Below are positions 29,737 through 38,984 of a stretch of DNA of 64,000 nt, piece by piece. The translations under genes were made by a program, and so were the position numbers. The notes under the pieces are model-generated. The model did not search any database. It was not told where the DNA came from and saw only the letters and a program-made list of their open reading frames with translations. Numbering within the stretch: position 1 is the stretch's first letter; the number at the start of each line of letters is the position of its first letter. The DNA is taken from assembly GCA_963781585.1 (NCBI GenBank), contig CAWAGQ010000014.1, forward strand, positions 64,001-128,000. The letters are read 5' to 3'. This stretch comes from an uncultured Gemmatimonadaceae bacterium. GTDB taxonomy: Bacteria > Gemmatimonadota > Gemmatimonadetes > Gemmatimonadales > Gemmatimonadaceae.

Positions 29737-30737
29737 CCGGCGCGGGCCTCCGCTCCGCGCAGGCAGCGATCGACGGAGTCCGTGCCGCAATCGAGCGGCT
29801 GGACGAAGGGCGACACCCCGAGGAAAACGCGGCGGACCTGCTCGAGGTCTGGGAAGGCGTCCAGGCAGCCCTGCGCTCGCTGACAGGCGCACCCGCGCTG
29901 ACCGGCCAGGCGGTGATTCGCGAGGCCCGGCAGCGCAATCTGCTGTCGCTGGATGAGGCCCACGCCCTGGTGGATTTCAGCGCCGCCGCCGAGCGGTCAC
30001 ATGACGCGGGTTACCGGCCCAACGCCAGCGATCTGGTCGCCGCGCGCGGGGCGTACCACCTGTTCGAGGCGGCACTGGCCCGTACCGAGGCACCGGCAGC
30101 AAGTCCGCCGCTCCAGCCGTCCGCCGCGCCGCCTGCCGCCGAATCCGAGATCAGTCCCCTTCCGGAACCGCGAGCGCGCAGGCCCAATGTGCTGGTCCGC
30201 GTCATCGTCCTGGTGGCCCTTCTCGCGGTGGTGGGAGTGGCGGGATACTACGCGCTCCAATATCGATCGCGCGTAAGCCATCTGCAGCGGGGCACGGCGG
30301 CCTACGTGGCCGGCGATCGCTCCACCGCGAAGCGGGAACTCGCGGCCGCGGCGGCAGCCGACCCGAAAGCGGCCATCCCGCACGTTTACCTGGCGCGCAT
30401 TGCGCGCGAGGAAGGGGATCCGCTGACCGCTGCGCGCGAGCTCACGACGGCCCTCAACCTCGAGCCGGAGAACGCGCTCGCGCTTCGCGAGATGGGAGCG
30501 CATCTGCTTGCCCTCGGCAACCTCGATCTCGCGCGACGGTTCTATGTTCGCGCGGTTCAGGCGGACCCCGCGGACAAGCCGGCACTGGGCTACCTTGCGT
30601 GTACGCTGGCTCGCCTCGGCCGGTTTGACGAAGCGCAGCGCTTCCTCCAGCGGGCGGGTCCCGGGGAATGGAGTGCGTGCGTGTCGGCCGTGGTTCCTCC
30701 TCCCGGAGCACCCCCGCGGGTCGGCGTGCCGAAGTAA
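29733..30737 (+). CDS. Single-pass membrane protein with C-terminal TPR repeats
   Basis: Helical N-domain, Pro-rich linker, TM helix, TPRs; ATGA overlap with the upstream gene. Confidence 0.82.
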   Translation: MTGAGLRSAQAAIDGVRAAIERLDEGRHPEENAADLLEVWEGVQAALRSLTGAPALTGQAVIREARQRNLLSLDEAHALVDFSAAAERSHDAGYRPNASDLVAARGAYHLFEAALARTEAPAASPPLQPSAAPPAAESEISPLPEPRARRPNVLVRVIVLVALLAVVGVAGYYALQYRSRVSHLQRGTAAYVAGDRSTAKRELAAAAAADPKAAIPHVYLARIAREEGDPLTAARELTTALNLEPENALALREMGAHLLALGNLDLARRFYVRAVQADPADKPALGYLACTLARLGRFDEAQRFLQRAGPGEWSACVSAVVPPPGAPPRVGVPK

Positions 30738-30807
30738 GTCCGGGTCGGGAAGCAGACCCGGTCGTTTCCGCCCGTGGCATCTCCGCCTGCCGACACCGCA
30801 AGGTCAC

Positions 30808-33432
30808 GTGTTCGAGCCAGAGTCCGTTCTTCGCCATACGCTTCCCAACGGCTTGACCGTTCTCGTACGTGCGGACCGGTCCGCGCCGGTTGGCGCGATC
30901 GTGACTTACGTCAAGACGGGGTACTTCGATGAGCCGGACGAGGTCGCAGGCATCTCGCACGTGCTGGAGCACATGTTCTTCAAGGGCACACCGACGCGCG
31001 GGGTGGGTGAGATCGCGCGCGAGACGAAGGCGGTCGGCGGGTACCTGAACGCGCACACGATCTACGATCACACGTCGTATTTCGCGGTGCTGCCACGGGA
31101 GGGATTCCAGCGCGGTCTCGAGATCCAGGCGGACGCGTATGCACACGCCCTTCTCGATGGCGACGAGTTGGCCAGGGAACTCGAAGTCATCATCCAGGAA
31201 GCCAGGCGCAAGCTGGATTCACCGGGCGCGGTTGCGATGGAGACCCTGTTCGAGGTACTCCACGACCGCCATCGCATTCGACGCTGGCGGATCGGGCACG
31301 AAGGGTCGCTGCGCGCGCTCACCCGCGACCGGGTCCAGGCGTTCTACCGCAACTTCTACCGTCCCGGCAACACGATTCTCGCGGTGGTCGGCGACGTGGA
31401 CGTGGACGTGACGTTGCGCGAGATCGAGGTCCTGTACGGCCCGCTGGCCGACGGGGCGGTAGCGCGGGAGCCCGGATTGCAGGAGTCGAGTGCGCCGGGA
31501 TTTCGTTATCGGGAGCTCTCGGGCGACATCACGCAGACACACCTGGTGTTCGGGTGGCGGACGCCGGGGGCGCTGCACCGCGACACGCCGCTGCTGGATC
31601 TGTTCGCGGTGGTGCTCGGCACCGGGCGCGGATCGCGATTGTACCGTGCGGTGCGCGAGCGACAGCTCGCGTCCGCCGTTGCGGCTGAGAACTACACGCC
31701 CGCCGAGATTGGCGTCTTCACGATGCGCGCGGAGGGACCCCCGCCTCATGGACGGGCCGCGGCGGCGGCTATGTGGCGGGAGCTGGAGCAGGCCAGGGAC
31801 CGCGGCATCGACCCGCGCGAGGTCGCGCGGGCGCAGCGTCTGGTCGAGTCGCGCTGGCTACGGCGTCTGGAGTCGATGGAGGGGCAGGCGACATTTCTTG
31901 CGGAGTGGGAGGCGTTAGGCGACTGGCGGCTGTCGCAGCGGTACTACGACGCCACGCTGTCGGCCGGTGCCGGGGAGGTGGCCGATGCCGCGCGTCGCTT
32001 GCTGGATGCGTCACAGGCGTCGCTGCTGGTGTATCGGCCCGAAAGCGCGCCGGTGTTTGCCCGGGATGCGGACCAGGCCGGCCGGGTCGTGGCCTCCCCG
32101 GAGTCGCTGGCCAGCGACCTGCTGCCGGTTGCGCCGGCACCCGAAGCGGCCATCAGGACCGCGCCGCCAGCGTCGGTCCTGCGCGAGGCGCAGATCGGCG
32201 CGGTCCATGTGTTTCGCACGCGCCGCGGCGTTCCGATCCTCGTCAGGCGGCGACCCGGCTCGCCGATCGTGCATGTGGGCATCTACAGTGCCGTCGGAAG
32301 CGCGCGCGAATCGGACCAGCTGGCCGGGCTGGCGACCGTGAGCGCGCGCGCGACGGTCAAGGGGAGCGAGCAGCGATCGGCGGAGGCGATCGCCTACGCC
32401 TCGGAGCTGCTGGGCGGCAGCATCGCGCCGAGCATCACCGCCGACGGCATGGGATGGACCTTCTCGGTGCCGGTCACTCGCACGGCCGACGCTGTGGCGC
32501 TCTTTGCCGAGGTGGTGCTGCACCCCCGGCTGGCGGGAGAGGCGGTCGAGACCGAACGAACGATCGCGCTCGCCAATCTCGCCGAGTTGCGCGACGACAT
32601 GTATCGCTATCCGGTGCGGCTTCTCAACGCCGCCGCATACGACGGTCATCCCTACGGCCGGGGACTGCTCGGCAGCGAGGAGACCTTGCGGGCGATTGGT
32701 GAGGGCGATGTGCGTGCCTGGCACCAGTCGAGCGTGCTGACCGCTCCGGTGGTCATCGCCGCGGTTGGCGACGTTGACGAGCCCGGACTTGCCGGGATGC
32801 TCGCGTCTGCGTTCGACGAGGTACAGATGGCGCCGTCGGTGCCCCTTGCGGCGCCGACGTGGCCGGCGGCGCCGCGTCAGGTGGCGGAACATCGCGATCG
32901 GGCGCAGACCGCGCTGGCCCTGGCATTCCCGGCGCCCACGCGCCGCGATCCCGAGCGGTTTGCGGCGCTCCTGGTGGCGGGGATTGCCAGCGGTCTTGGC
33001 GGCCGCTTCTTCGAGGCGCTGCGCGAGCAACGGTCGCTGGCGTACACCGTGCATGCGGTGAGCATGGAGCGCGTGCAGTCGGGCGCGTTCGCGGCCTACA
33101 TCGCGACGTCACCGCAGCAGGAGGACGAGGCACGGGAGGGTCTGCTCGCGCAGTTCGCGCGGTTGCGGGAGGAGCCGGTGTCGGAGGAGGAGCTGACGCG
33201 AGCCAGGACCTACGCGTTAGGCAGTCACGCCATCGCCTTGCAGAGTGGCGGCGTGGTGCTCGGCGAGATGGTCGACAGCTGGCTGTTCGGAACGGGACTG
33301 AACGAACTGGAGGCATTCGAGCAGCGGCTGCGCGCGGTGACGGTGGACGGCGTGCTCGCCCTGGCGCAGCGCTACTTCGACCCGGAACGGCGTGTGGAAG
33401 GCGTGGTGCGAGGGGAAGGCCAGACACGATAG
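30808..33432 (+). CDS. M16 family zinc peptidase (two fused halves)
   Basis: LPNGL, HVLEHMFFKGT (HxxEH), NAHT..DHT.Y; second half lacks the zinc motif. Probable GTG at 30808. Confidence 0.93.
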   Translation: MFEPESVLRHTLPNGLTVLVRADRSAPVGAIVTYVKTGYFDEPDEVAGISHVLEHMFFKGTPTRGVGEIARETKAVGGYLNAHTIYDHTSYFAVLPREGFQRGLEIQADAYAHALLDGDELARELEVIIQEARRKLDSPGAVAMETLFEVLHDRHRIRRWRIGHEGSLRALTRDRVQAFYRNFYRPGNTILAVVGDVDVDVTLREIEVLYGPLADGAVAREPGLQESSAPGFRYRELSGDITQTHLVFGWRTPGALHRDTPLLDLFAVVLGTGRGSRLYRAVRERQLASAVAAENYTPAEIGVFTMRAEGPPPHGRAAAAAMWRELEQARDRGIDPREVARAQRLVESRWLRRLESMEGQATFLAEWEALGDWRLSQRYYDATLSAGAGEVADAARRLLDASQASLLVYRPESAPVFARDADQAGRVVASPESLASDLLPVAPAPEAAIRTAPPASVLREAQIGAVHVFRTRRGVPILVRRRPGSPIVHVGIYSAVGSARESDQLAGLATVSARATVKGSEQRSAEAIAYASELLGGSIAPSITADGMGWTFSVPVTRTADAVALFAEVVLHPRLAGEAVETERTIALANLAELRDDMYRYPVRLLNAAAYDGHPYGRGLLGSEETLRAIGEGDVRAWHQSSVLTAPVVIAAVGDVDEPGLAGMLASAFDEVQMAPSVPLAAPTWPAAPRQVAEHRDRAQTALALAFPAPTRRDPERFAALLVAGIASGLGGRFFEALREQRSLAYTVHAVSMERVQSGAFAAYIATSPQQEDEAREGLLAQFARLREEPVSEEELTRARTYALGSHAIALQSGGVVLGEMVDSWLFGTGLNELEAFEQRLRAVTVDGVLALAQRYFDPERRVEGVVRGEGQTR

Positions 33433-33517
33433 CTGAAAGACCACAGGACACACCCGCGCGCTCGCGAGGCGTGGAGTACCACGGGTACCTGACGAGCGCC
33501 TTCGCGTGCCACCCTCC

Positions 33518-33566
33518 CATGACCTTTGGCCTTTGGCCTTTGGCCTATGACCCTTGGCCTTTGGCC
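33518..33566. repeat. Heptamer tandem repeat TTTGGCC, 7 units
   Basis: CATGACC TTTGGCC TTTGGCC TTTGGCC TATGACC CTTGGCC TTTGGCC between convergent genes. Confidence 0.85.
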
Positions 33567-34816
33567 TACTCCGGCACCTCCACCTTGCCCAGGAAGAGTA
33601 TGGTCCCCGTGAGTCGCTCGCGGATCGCAAAGACGAACGGACGGTTCACCCGAATGGCCTCGGGAAGCGAGGTGAGACCGATGCCCACGGTCGTTACCGC
33701 GGCTGCCTCGGTGCCGACTTCGTTCACATCGACGAACGTATTCTGCTTCACGTAGCTGATGTAGAGATGGTGTCCCGCGCTGGCCGACATGCGGGTGAAA
33801 TCCGCGCCGTCGGGCACAAAGGCCCGCTGCATCCCCAGCCGCTGGAGGGCGGGGTTCAGCGTGTCCTCCCAGGTCAGCGTGAACTTCGGGAGGTACAGGT
33901 CGGCGTCGTCATCGTACAGGTTCGCGGTCGCGGCAGCCCACGAGTCCGCGGAGAGCGCCGCGATCGCCTGATCGACCGAGACACCGGACAACGGCATCAG
34001 GATCGTCATCACGAACGCGTCGCCGCCGTACGGCAGCTCGACGACGGTGGCGTTCGCGGTCGTACCAAGGCGGAATCCGCCGGTCCGGTGCATGGTGGGA
34101 ACGCTCACCGACGGCCCGCTGGACGGGATGAACGGCTGGGGATGGGTCTCACTCTCCTTGAAGCCCTGGCGCCAGTCACCCTTGAAGTAGATCGCGTTCA
34201 TGAGGAGCATCACCAGGTCCGGTTCGATGTGCTCGATGACGCGAGGGATCCTCCCGCTGGTTGTGCGCCCTGCCCAGGCGTTCACCGTATCCACCGCCAG
34301 CGGCGAGGCGAAGTCCAGGCCCGCCACGTCGGCGTCGAAGTACTGTGCGGCGTCGCTCAGGAACGACGGTTCGACTGCGCCGCCGAAGGCGTCGTCGTAG
34401 AAGATCGCGTTGGCGATCCGGAAGTCGACGCGCCGGTCGAGGTTTCTCAGCAGCGCGATGAGGGACTGATACGACCGGTTCAGTTCGTCATGCGACTGGG
34501 TTCCGAAGCCCAGCGTCGTGCGCATCTCGTCGAACGTAGTCCCGGCGGCGCCGTCCATCGTCATGCCAAGCGCCATCGAGGCGCTGAGCGGGGACAGGAA
34601 GACGTTCTGTCCCGCGAACGACGGATTCTCTTCCCGGAGCAGGTTGAAGCCGAACACGTTCGAAGCGTCGATCATGGCCGCTTCGGTCGCCGACAGCGCA
34701 CGCGGGAGCGACGAGATCCTGGATGGCGTGGGGTCCGGAGCGGATGGGTCCGCGCATGCCGCGGCGGCCGTCACCAGTAACGGCAGCAGCAGGGCGGGAC
34801 GACGAAGCAAGGTCAT
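33566..34816 (-). CDS. Serpin family lipoprotein
   Basis: Lipobox AAAC, NVFLSPLS, NAIYFKGDW, LPKF, hinge VNEVGTEAAAVT, NRPFVFAI, LFLG. Confidence 0.95.
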   Translation of the reverse strand: MTLLRRPALLLPLLVTAAAACADPSAPDPTPSRISSLPRALSATEAAMIDASNVFGFNLLREENPSFAGQNVFLSPLSASMALGMTMDGAAGTTFDEMRTTLGFGTQSHDELNRSYQSLIALLRNLDRRVDFRIANAIFYDDAFGGAVEPSFLSDAAQYFDADVAGLDFASPLAVDTVNAWAGRTTSGRIPRVIEHIEPDLVMLLMNAIYFKGDWRQGFKESETHPQPFIPSSGPSVSVPTMHRTGGFRLGTTANATVVELPYGGDAFVMTILMPLSGVSVDQAIAALSADSWAAATANLYDDDADLYLPKFTLTWEDTLNPALQRLGMQRAFVPDGADFTRMSASAGHHLYISYVKQNTFVDVNEVGTEAAAVTTVGIGLTSLPEAIRVNRPFVFAIRERLTGTILFLGKVEVPE

Positions 34817-34975
34817 GCAGGTGCCTCTCTGAGCGGGCGAAACCGACTTGTGCGCGACGCGCTGCTCACCGAGATGACACGTGCGGCGCCGGAATCCCCG
34901 ACTCCTGCGGGTTCCCACCGGTCCCGAAACCGAGGCCTGCGCGATGGCGCGACGCCTGCGGCCGTGTCCGCGCGC

Positions 34976-35731
34976 TCACACTCTTCGCGAGGCGGGAGGG
35001 TAGCCCAGCGCGGTGTTCAACCAGCGCACGAACGGCAGCATGAGGCGAAAGTCACGCTCCAGCCGGGCGGTGAGCTTCTGTTCCAGGACGTTTGCGTCGC
35101 TCAGAGGCGCCGAAACCGTGAACGAAACGTATCGAAGCCAGGGCTCGGCTGGGTGGCCGGGTGCGTATCCGCGCGGCAGGCGTGACAACATCCGTTCCTG
35201 TGTCAGCCCCTCGAACCGGCGCTGAAACGCCCTGCCGCGCAGCGTCTGCGCGAACTCCCTGGGCCGGGCCGCGATCGCGTCACGCAACCGGTTGAGCGAT
35301 GGACGGGGAGGCATCCAGACGCCGCCCGCGACGATCGAGTGTCCCGGTTCCAGATGAAAGTAGAACCCGGCGCCCGCACCGTGCGTCTCGCTCCCGACAC
35401 CATACCCCGCGTTCCGGTGGGTGAACCAGCATGCCGCATGCGTCTTGTACGGCGACTTGTCGGTTGAGAAGCGCACGTCCCGGTAGATCCGGAAGATCGA
35501 GCGCTTGGGGTCGCCGATGATTTCCGGTGCGAACGACGCCAGGCGAACATCGACCTCCTCCACCAGCAGCCGCATCGGCCCGAGGACATGGTCTTCGTAC
35601 TCCGCGCGGCGTTCCTGGAACCAGTCGCGGCGATTGTTGCGCTTGATGCCGCGGAGGAAACTCAACGCGTTGCGCTGGAAGCCCGGAAAGACGATCGGCG
35701 TCGGCATGTTCGGGAACCTAACGTCCGGCAT
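34976..35731 (-). CDS. DUF2461 family protein
   Basis: NNRRDWF, FRIYRDVRFS.DKSPYK, GFYFHL. Start at 35731 or 35707. Confidence 0.9.
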   Translation of the reverse strand: MPDVRFPNMPTPIVFPGFQRNALSFLRGIKRNNRRDWFQERRAEYEDHVLGPMRLLVEEVDVRLASFAPEIIGDPKRSIFRIYRDVRFSTDKSPYKTHAACWFTHRNAGYGVGSETHGAGAGFYFHLEPGHSIVAGGVWMPPRPSLNRLRDAIAARPREFAQTLRGRAFQRRFEGLTQERMLSRLPRGYAPGHPAEPWLRYVSFTVSAPLSDANVLEQKLTARLERDFRLMLPFVRWLNTALGYPPASRRV

Positions 35732-35750
35732 GCGGCGCCCGGAACGGTGG

Positions 35751-37289
35751 TCACGGCTCGGCCAGGATCTTTCTGACACGGGCGAGCACGTCGGTTGCGG
35801 GTCGCAGCCGTCCGCCCGGCGCGCGCAGCCCGGTGACTGCGTCGTAGTCACCGGCTCCTTCCGCGACGAAACCAGCAACCCGTGGAAGGGTCGTCGCCCA
35901 CGCCAGCATGCCCCAGAGGGACGCGCCCTGGTTCCGCTCGCCGAACAGGCGGGGATAGGCGCCGGTTCCGAGCACCCAGGCCGGTTTCCGTACGTTCTCC
36001 AACCAACGGTCCGCGACGAGCATTCGCGACCGGATTGAGGCGCCGCCGTCGTAGGAGGGGTACAGCGCGATCGCGACGTCGTCGATCGTCGTGGTGGGAC
36101 TCGCGGCCCACGCGAACAGCTCGCTGTCGGCAGGGGTGAAGGCCGACGCCGACACCGCCACGCGGGTCGCCGGACGGGCGGCATGCACCAGGGTGGCGGC
36201 GTCCCGCATGTACTGGCGCCACCAGCGCGGCGACACGCTGCCTAACGCCGCCGATCCGGCGAGACAGGGATCGAGCGCCGGGAACACCACGTCGGGGTGG
36301 AGGCGCCGCACCACCCGATCGAGGGCGGCCAGCCGCGTGCGCTGGTACTCCTCCGGATCGACACGAAAGCGCTGGGCGTCACCCACGCCGTATCCGAGGG
36401 CGACGAGCAGACGCACCCCGGATCGCCGCCGGTCTTCCAGCGCCCGGGAGAGCGAGTCGAGGGCCGCGGTGGTGACGCCTCCAGTCGGCTGGATGACGAC
36501 ACTTACTGCCTGCGCACCGATCGAGTCGACCAGCGCGAGATCCGCGAGTACCGCCGGCCGCGGCGGAGGCCCGGACAGTTCAGGGAAGATTCGCACGCCG
36601 ATCATGAAATCGCCCCGTGGCCGCTCCTGCAGCCGGTCGCCCGCGAATGCCGCAAACGTGGTCACCGCATGCAGCGCGCCGGGATACTCGACAGCGAACA
36701 GCACCAGCGTCGCCGTCGCCCAGAGCGCCAGAGCTACGCGGAAGACCTTCCCGGATCGATAGGGGGTGGGATAGGAGGGGGATAGGACGGGGACCTGGAG
36801 CGCCAACGGGGACGTCAGCGCGCTACGACCCCACACGAACGCGATCACGCTCGCATGCGACACGGCGAACGCCATCACTGGGGCCGGAGGCTCCGGCATG
36901 TGGGTGGTCAGAAAGCGCGCCAGGGCGCCCACGAAGAGGATCACGTTGTAAGCCGCGATGGGGAATCCCAGGAACGGGGCCACCGTACCGCGCCCGAGCG
37001 CGTAGAGTGCCTGCAGTGCGCAGAGGCACGCCACCACCGGCCAGAGCCAGTCGATGATGTAGACTGCGCGGCCGTTCAGCACGGTGCTCGCGACCACGGC
37101 CACGACCACGCCGGGAACCACGAGCAGCGACGACAGCGCGGTCAGCCCGAGAAAGACCGGTGAGCCTCGCCGGTTGTTGAGGATTCGACCCGCCACGAAC
37201 AGGTCCCAGGCGAGCACCACCGCGTCAATCGCGTAGAAGGCATGCGTGGGCGACGTCACCAGCGCAGTCTGCGCGAGCACGATGCGCAA
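35751..37289 (-). CDS. Hypothetical protein with a multi-TM N-terminus and a soluble C-terminal domain
   Basis: About 6 hydrophobic segments followed by an alternating beta/alpha domain ending GLR...GR.RPA. Confidence 0.75.
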   Translation of the reverse strand: MRIVLAQTALVTSPTHAFYAIDAVVLAWDLFVAGRILNNRRGSPVFLGLTALSSLLVVPGVVVAVVASTVLNGRAVYIIDWLWPVVACLCALQALYALGRGTVAPFLGFPIAAYNVILFVGALARFLTTHMPEPPAPVMAFAVSHASVIAFVWGRSALTSPLALQVPVLSPSYPTPYRSGKVFRVALALWATATLVLFAVEYPGALHAVTTFAAFAGDRLQERPRGDFMIGVRIFPELSGPPPRPAVLADLALVDSIGAQAVSVVIQPTGGVTTAALDSLSRALEDRRRSGVRLLVALGYGVGDAQRFRVDPEEYQRTRLAALDRVVRRLHPDVVFPALDPCLAGSAALGSVSPRWWRQYMRDAATLVHAARPATRVAVSASAFTPADSELFAWAASPTTTIDDVAIALYPSYDGGASIRSRMLVADRWLENVRKPAWVLGTGAYPRLFGERNQGASLWGMLAWATTLPRVAGFVAEGAGDYDAVTGLRAPGGRLRPATDVLARVRKILAEP

Positions 37290-37377
37290 CAGCTCCCCAT
37301 GGCTGCCGGAAAGAGCGGGGCTTCATGCCGGCGCGGGCGGGCGCCGGCACGATCTGCGCGGGCCGCGGACTCTGCCA

Positions 37378-37737
37378 TCAGCCGCGCTCTCGGCGCTCGC
37401 TGCGAACCGAGCGTGCTGTCAGTCGCCGCTGAAGCACGTCAAGGGCCCGCTGCGGATCATGATGCGAGCGGGCGAGCACGTCGAGCAGCGCCAGTTCGCG
37501 CTCCGGATTCGTGTGCAGCGACATGTGACAGCCGTCGAGTGGGAGGATGACGCTCAAGCCTCCGTCGGGGTGCTTCAGCACGACCGGCGGACCGGTTGCA
37601 CTGAGACCGGCTGCGCTTGCTGCCGACACCATCACGCCGCTGATCAACGATTGGTCCATCAGTTGCACGGACGGGACGCCGTGGAAGTCCGCCGTGAGGT
37701 GGACGATCGTGGAGCGTGCGCCCTCAGCGCCGGACAT
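37378..37737 (-). CDS. S-adenosylmethionine decarboxylase (SpeD/SpeH class 1b)-like protein with a divergent cleavage site
   Basis: HLTADFHG, GGLSVILPLDGCHMSLHTNPE, LLDV align by eye with GVT...LAESH.S.HTWPE...DVFTCG. Confidence 0.75.
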   Translation of the reverse strand: MSGAEGARSTIVHLTADFHGVPSVQLMDQSLISGVMVSAASAAGLSATGPPVVLKHPDGGLSVILPLDGCHMSLHTNPERELALLDVLARSHHDPQRALDVLQRRLTARSVRSERRERG

Positions 37738-37945
37738 TGATCGAATGCGCGAGGAAAAGGCGACCAATCATTCCCACCGATCTCACCGCCACGTGTTTCA
37801 TCGGGGTGTACGTTGAGCGAACGACGCTGTCCTCGCCAGCCTTCTGACGTACCTTCCCTGCCCATGCCTCTCATCGGCGTCCCCTGTCACCGTGCCGGAC
37901 GGCTCATTTATCGACGGATCTCGGGGGGCTCCCTGTGCGGCGCCC

Positions 37946-38394
37946 TGATGATGGTTTTCGCCGGCACAAACCGGGTTGTGGCACAGAACTCGGTTGCGCC
38001 GGTGGCAGAGGCGCGCCTGGATTTCATCGCGGGAAGGTCGACTGCCGCCCAGATGGGCGCAGCGCTCAGCCTCGGCAGCGGCTACGGGCGCGTGTTCTTC
38101 GCGGCGGGTCTCGGAGCAGCATGGAAGGACGGAACGCGGCAGGTAAGCAGCCGAGTCGACATCGGAGGCCGATTCCTCCTCGATCCACTCCAGGAGTCAC
38201 GATGGGGCCTCTATGGGACGGGTGGGCTCAGTGTGTTGAACGACGGCCACCGCCGCTGGCGAGGCTTGCTGGAGGTGGGTGTGGGGCTGGAGTTCCCGAG
38301 TCGGGGCCGGGGGGTCTGGGCGGCGGAGGTCGGTCTGGGTGGCGGACTACGGCTGGGACTCGCCTTGCGGCAGACCCGACGGGGGCGTCGCTAG
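37946..38394 (+). CDS. Hypothetical exported protein, possible small beta-barrel (start uncertain, 37813-37948)
   Basis: Alternating Gly/aromatic beta-strand-like segments (RVDIGGRFLLDP, WGLYGTGGLS, EVGLGGGLRLGL). Confidence 0.6.
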
Positions 38395-38516
38395 TCCGAA
38401 CCTCCAAGTACCAGGCGCATTCCATGACGGGATTCGCCTGCCGCAGGGGACGTGTCGCAAAGGCGATGACCCTCTCGCCGGAGATCGCCGTCCGGTTTGT
38501 CGTGGACGGGGCCCTG

Positions 38517-38548
38517 AAACAAGAACGCCCCCCCGGGTGGGGGGGGCG
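38517..38548 (-). terminator. Rho-independent terminator
   Basis: GC stem CGCCCCCCC/GGGGGGGCG followed on the minus strand by TTCTTGTTT, just after the stop at 38559. Confidence 0.7.
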
Positions 38549-38558
38549 CCGACACTCC

Positions 38559-38837
38559 CTACACTCCCGCTGCGCTCGCGACGGTGTTCGTGGTGGCGCG
38601 GGGTGGCTGAACGAACCGCTCACCCAGCAACCGCAGCTGGTTCAGTTCGCTGCCAGTGAGCTCATGGTACCTTTCGCCGAGATACTTCATGGTCTCGTCG
38701 AACCATTCCGACTGGTACTCCGGCTCGCAACCGATGACCCCGCATCGCATGATGTGCTGAAACATCTCGTCGCGGGCCTCTTCGAACGGCGTCGGCAGCG
38801 CGACCTCACGTGGACGACGATGTCTGTTCTTCCCCAT
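38559..38837 (-). CDS. Small hypothetical protein (92 aa)
   Basis: Protein-like sequence followed by a terminator. Confidence 0.8.
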   Translation of the reverse strand: MGKNRHRRPREVALPTPFEEARDEMFQHIMRCGVIGCEPEYQSEWFDETMKYLGERYHELTGSELNQLRLLGERFVQPPRATTNTVASAAGV

Positions 38838-38984
38838 TCTCCCGAATACGTGTGAAATGAATGTCGCGGAACCTCGTGGAAGCTTCCGTAATCTAGCTAC
38901 GCGCGAGCAATTCGTTTCGTTCCAGGCGCAGGAAGGAGTCTCGGCGCCAGGCCTCGCTGTCTTGAGGGTGGCTTTTTCGACGTT

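Noticed and set aside
29733..30090. HEPN-like RNase domain at the N-terminus of the TM-TPR protein
   Set aside because: The helical pattern is suggestive but no proper R-x4-6-H motif is present; it cannot be supported without a profile search.
624..33508. Exact 15-nt repeat GAGCGCCTTCGCGTG at 624 and 33494
   Set aside because: A single GC-rich 15-mer pair is compatible with chance in 64 kb, and no integrase or element boundary supports att sites.
33518..33566. Short repeats as a CRISPR array
   Set aside because: 7-nt tandem units with no spacers and no cas genes.
37770..37880. SAM riboswitch or ribozyme upstream of the AdoMetDC-like gene
   Set aside because: An isolated CGATGAAAC resemblance without the other SAM-I or hammerhead core elements.
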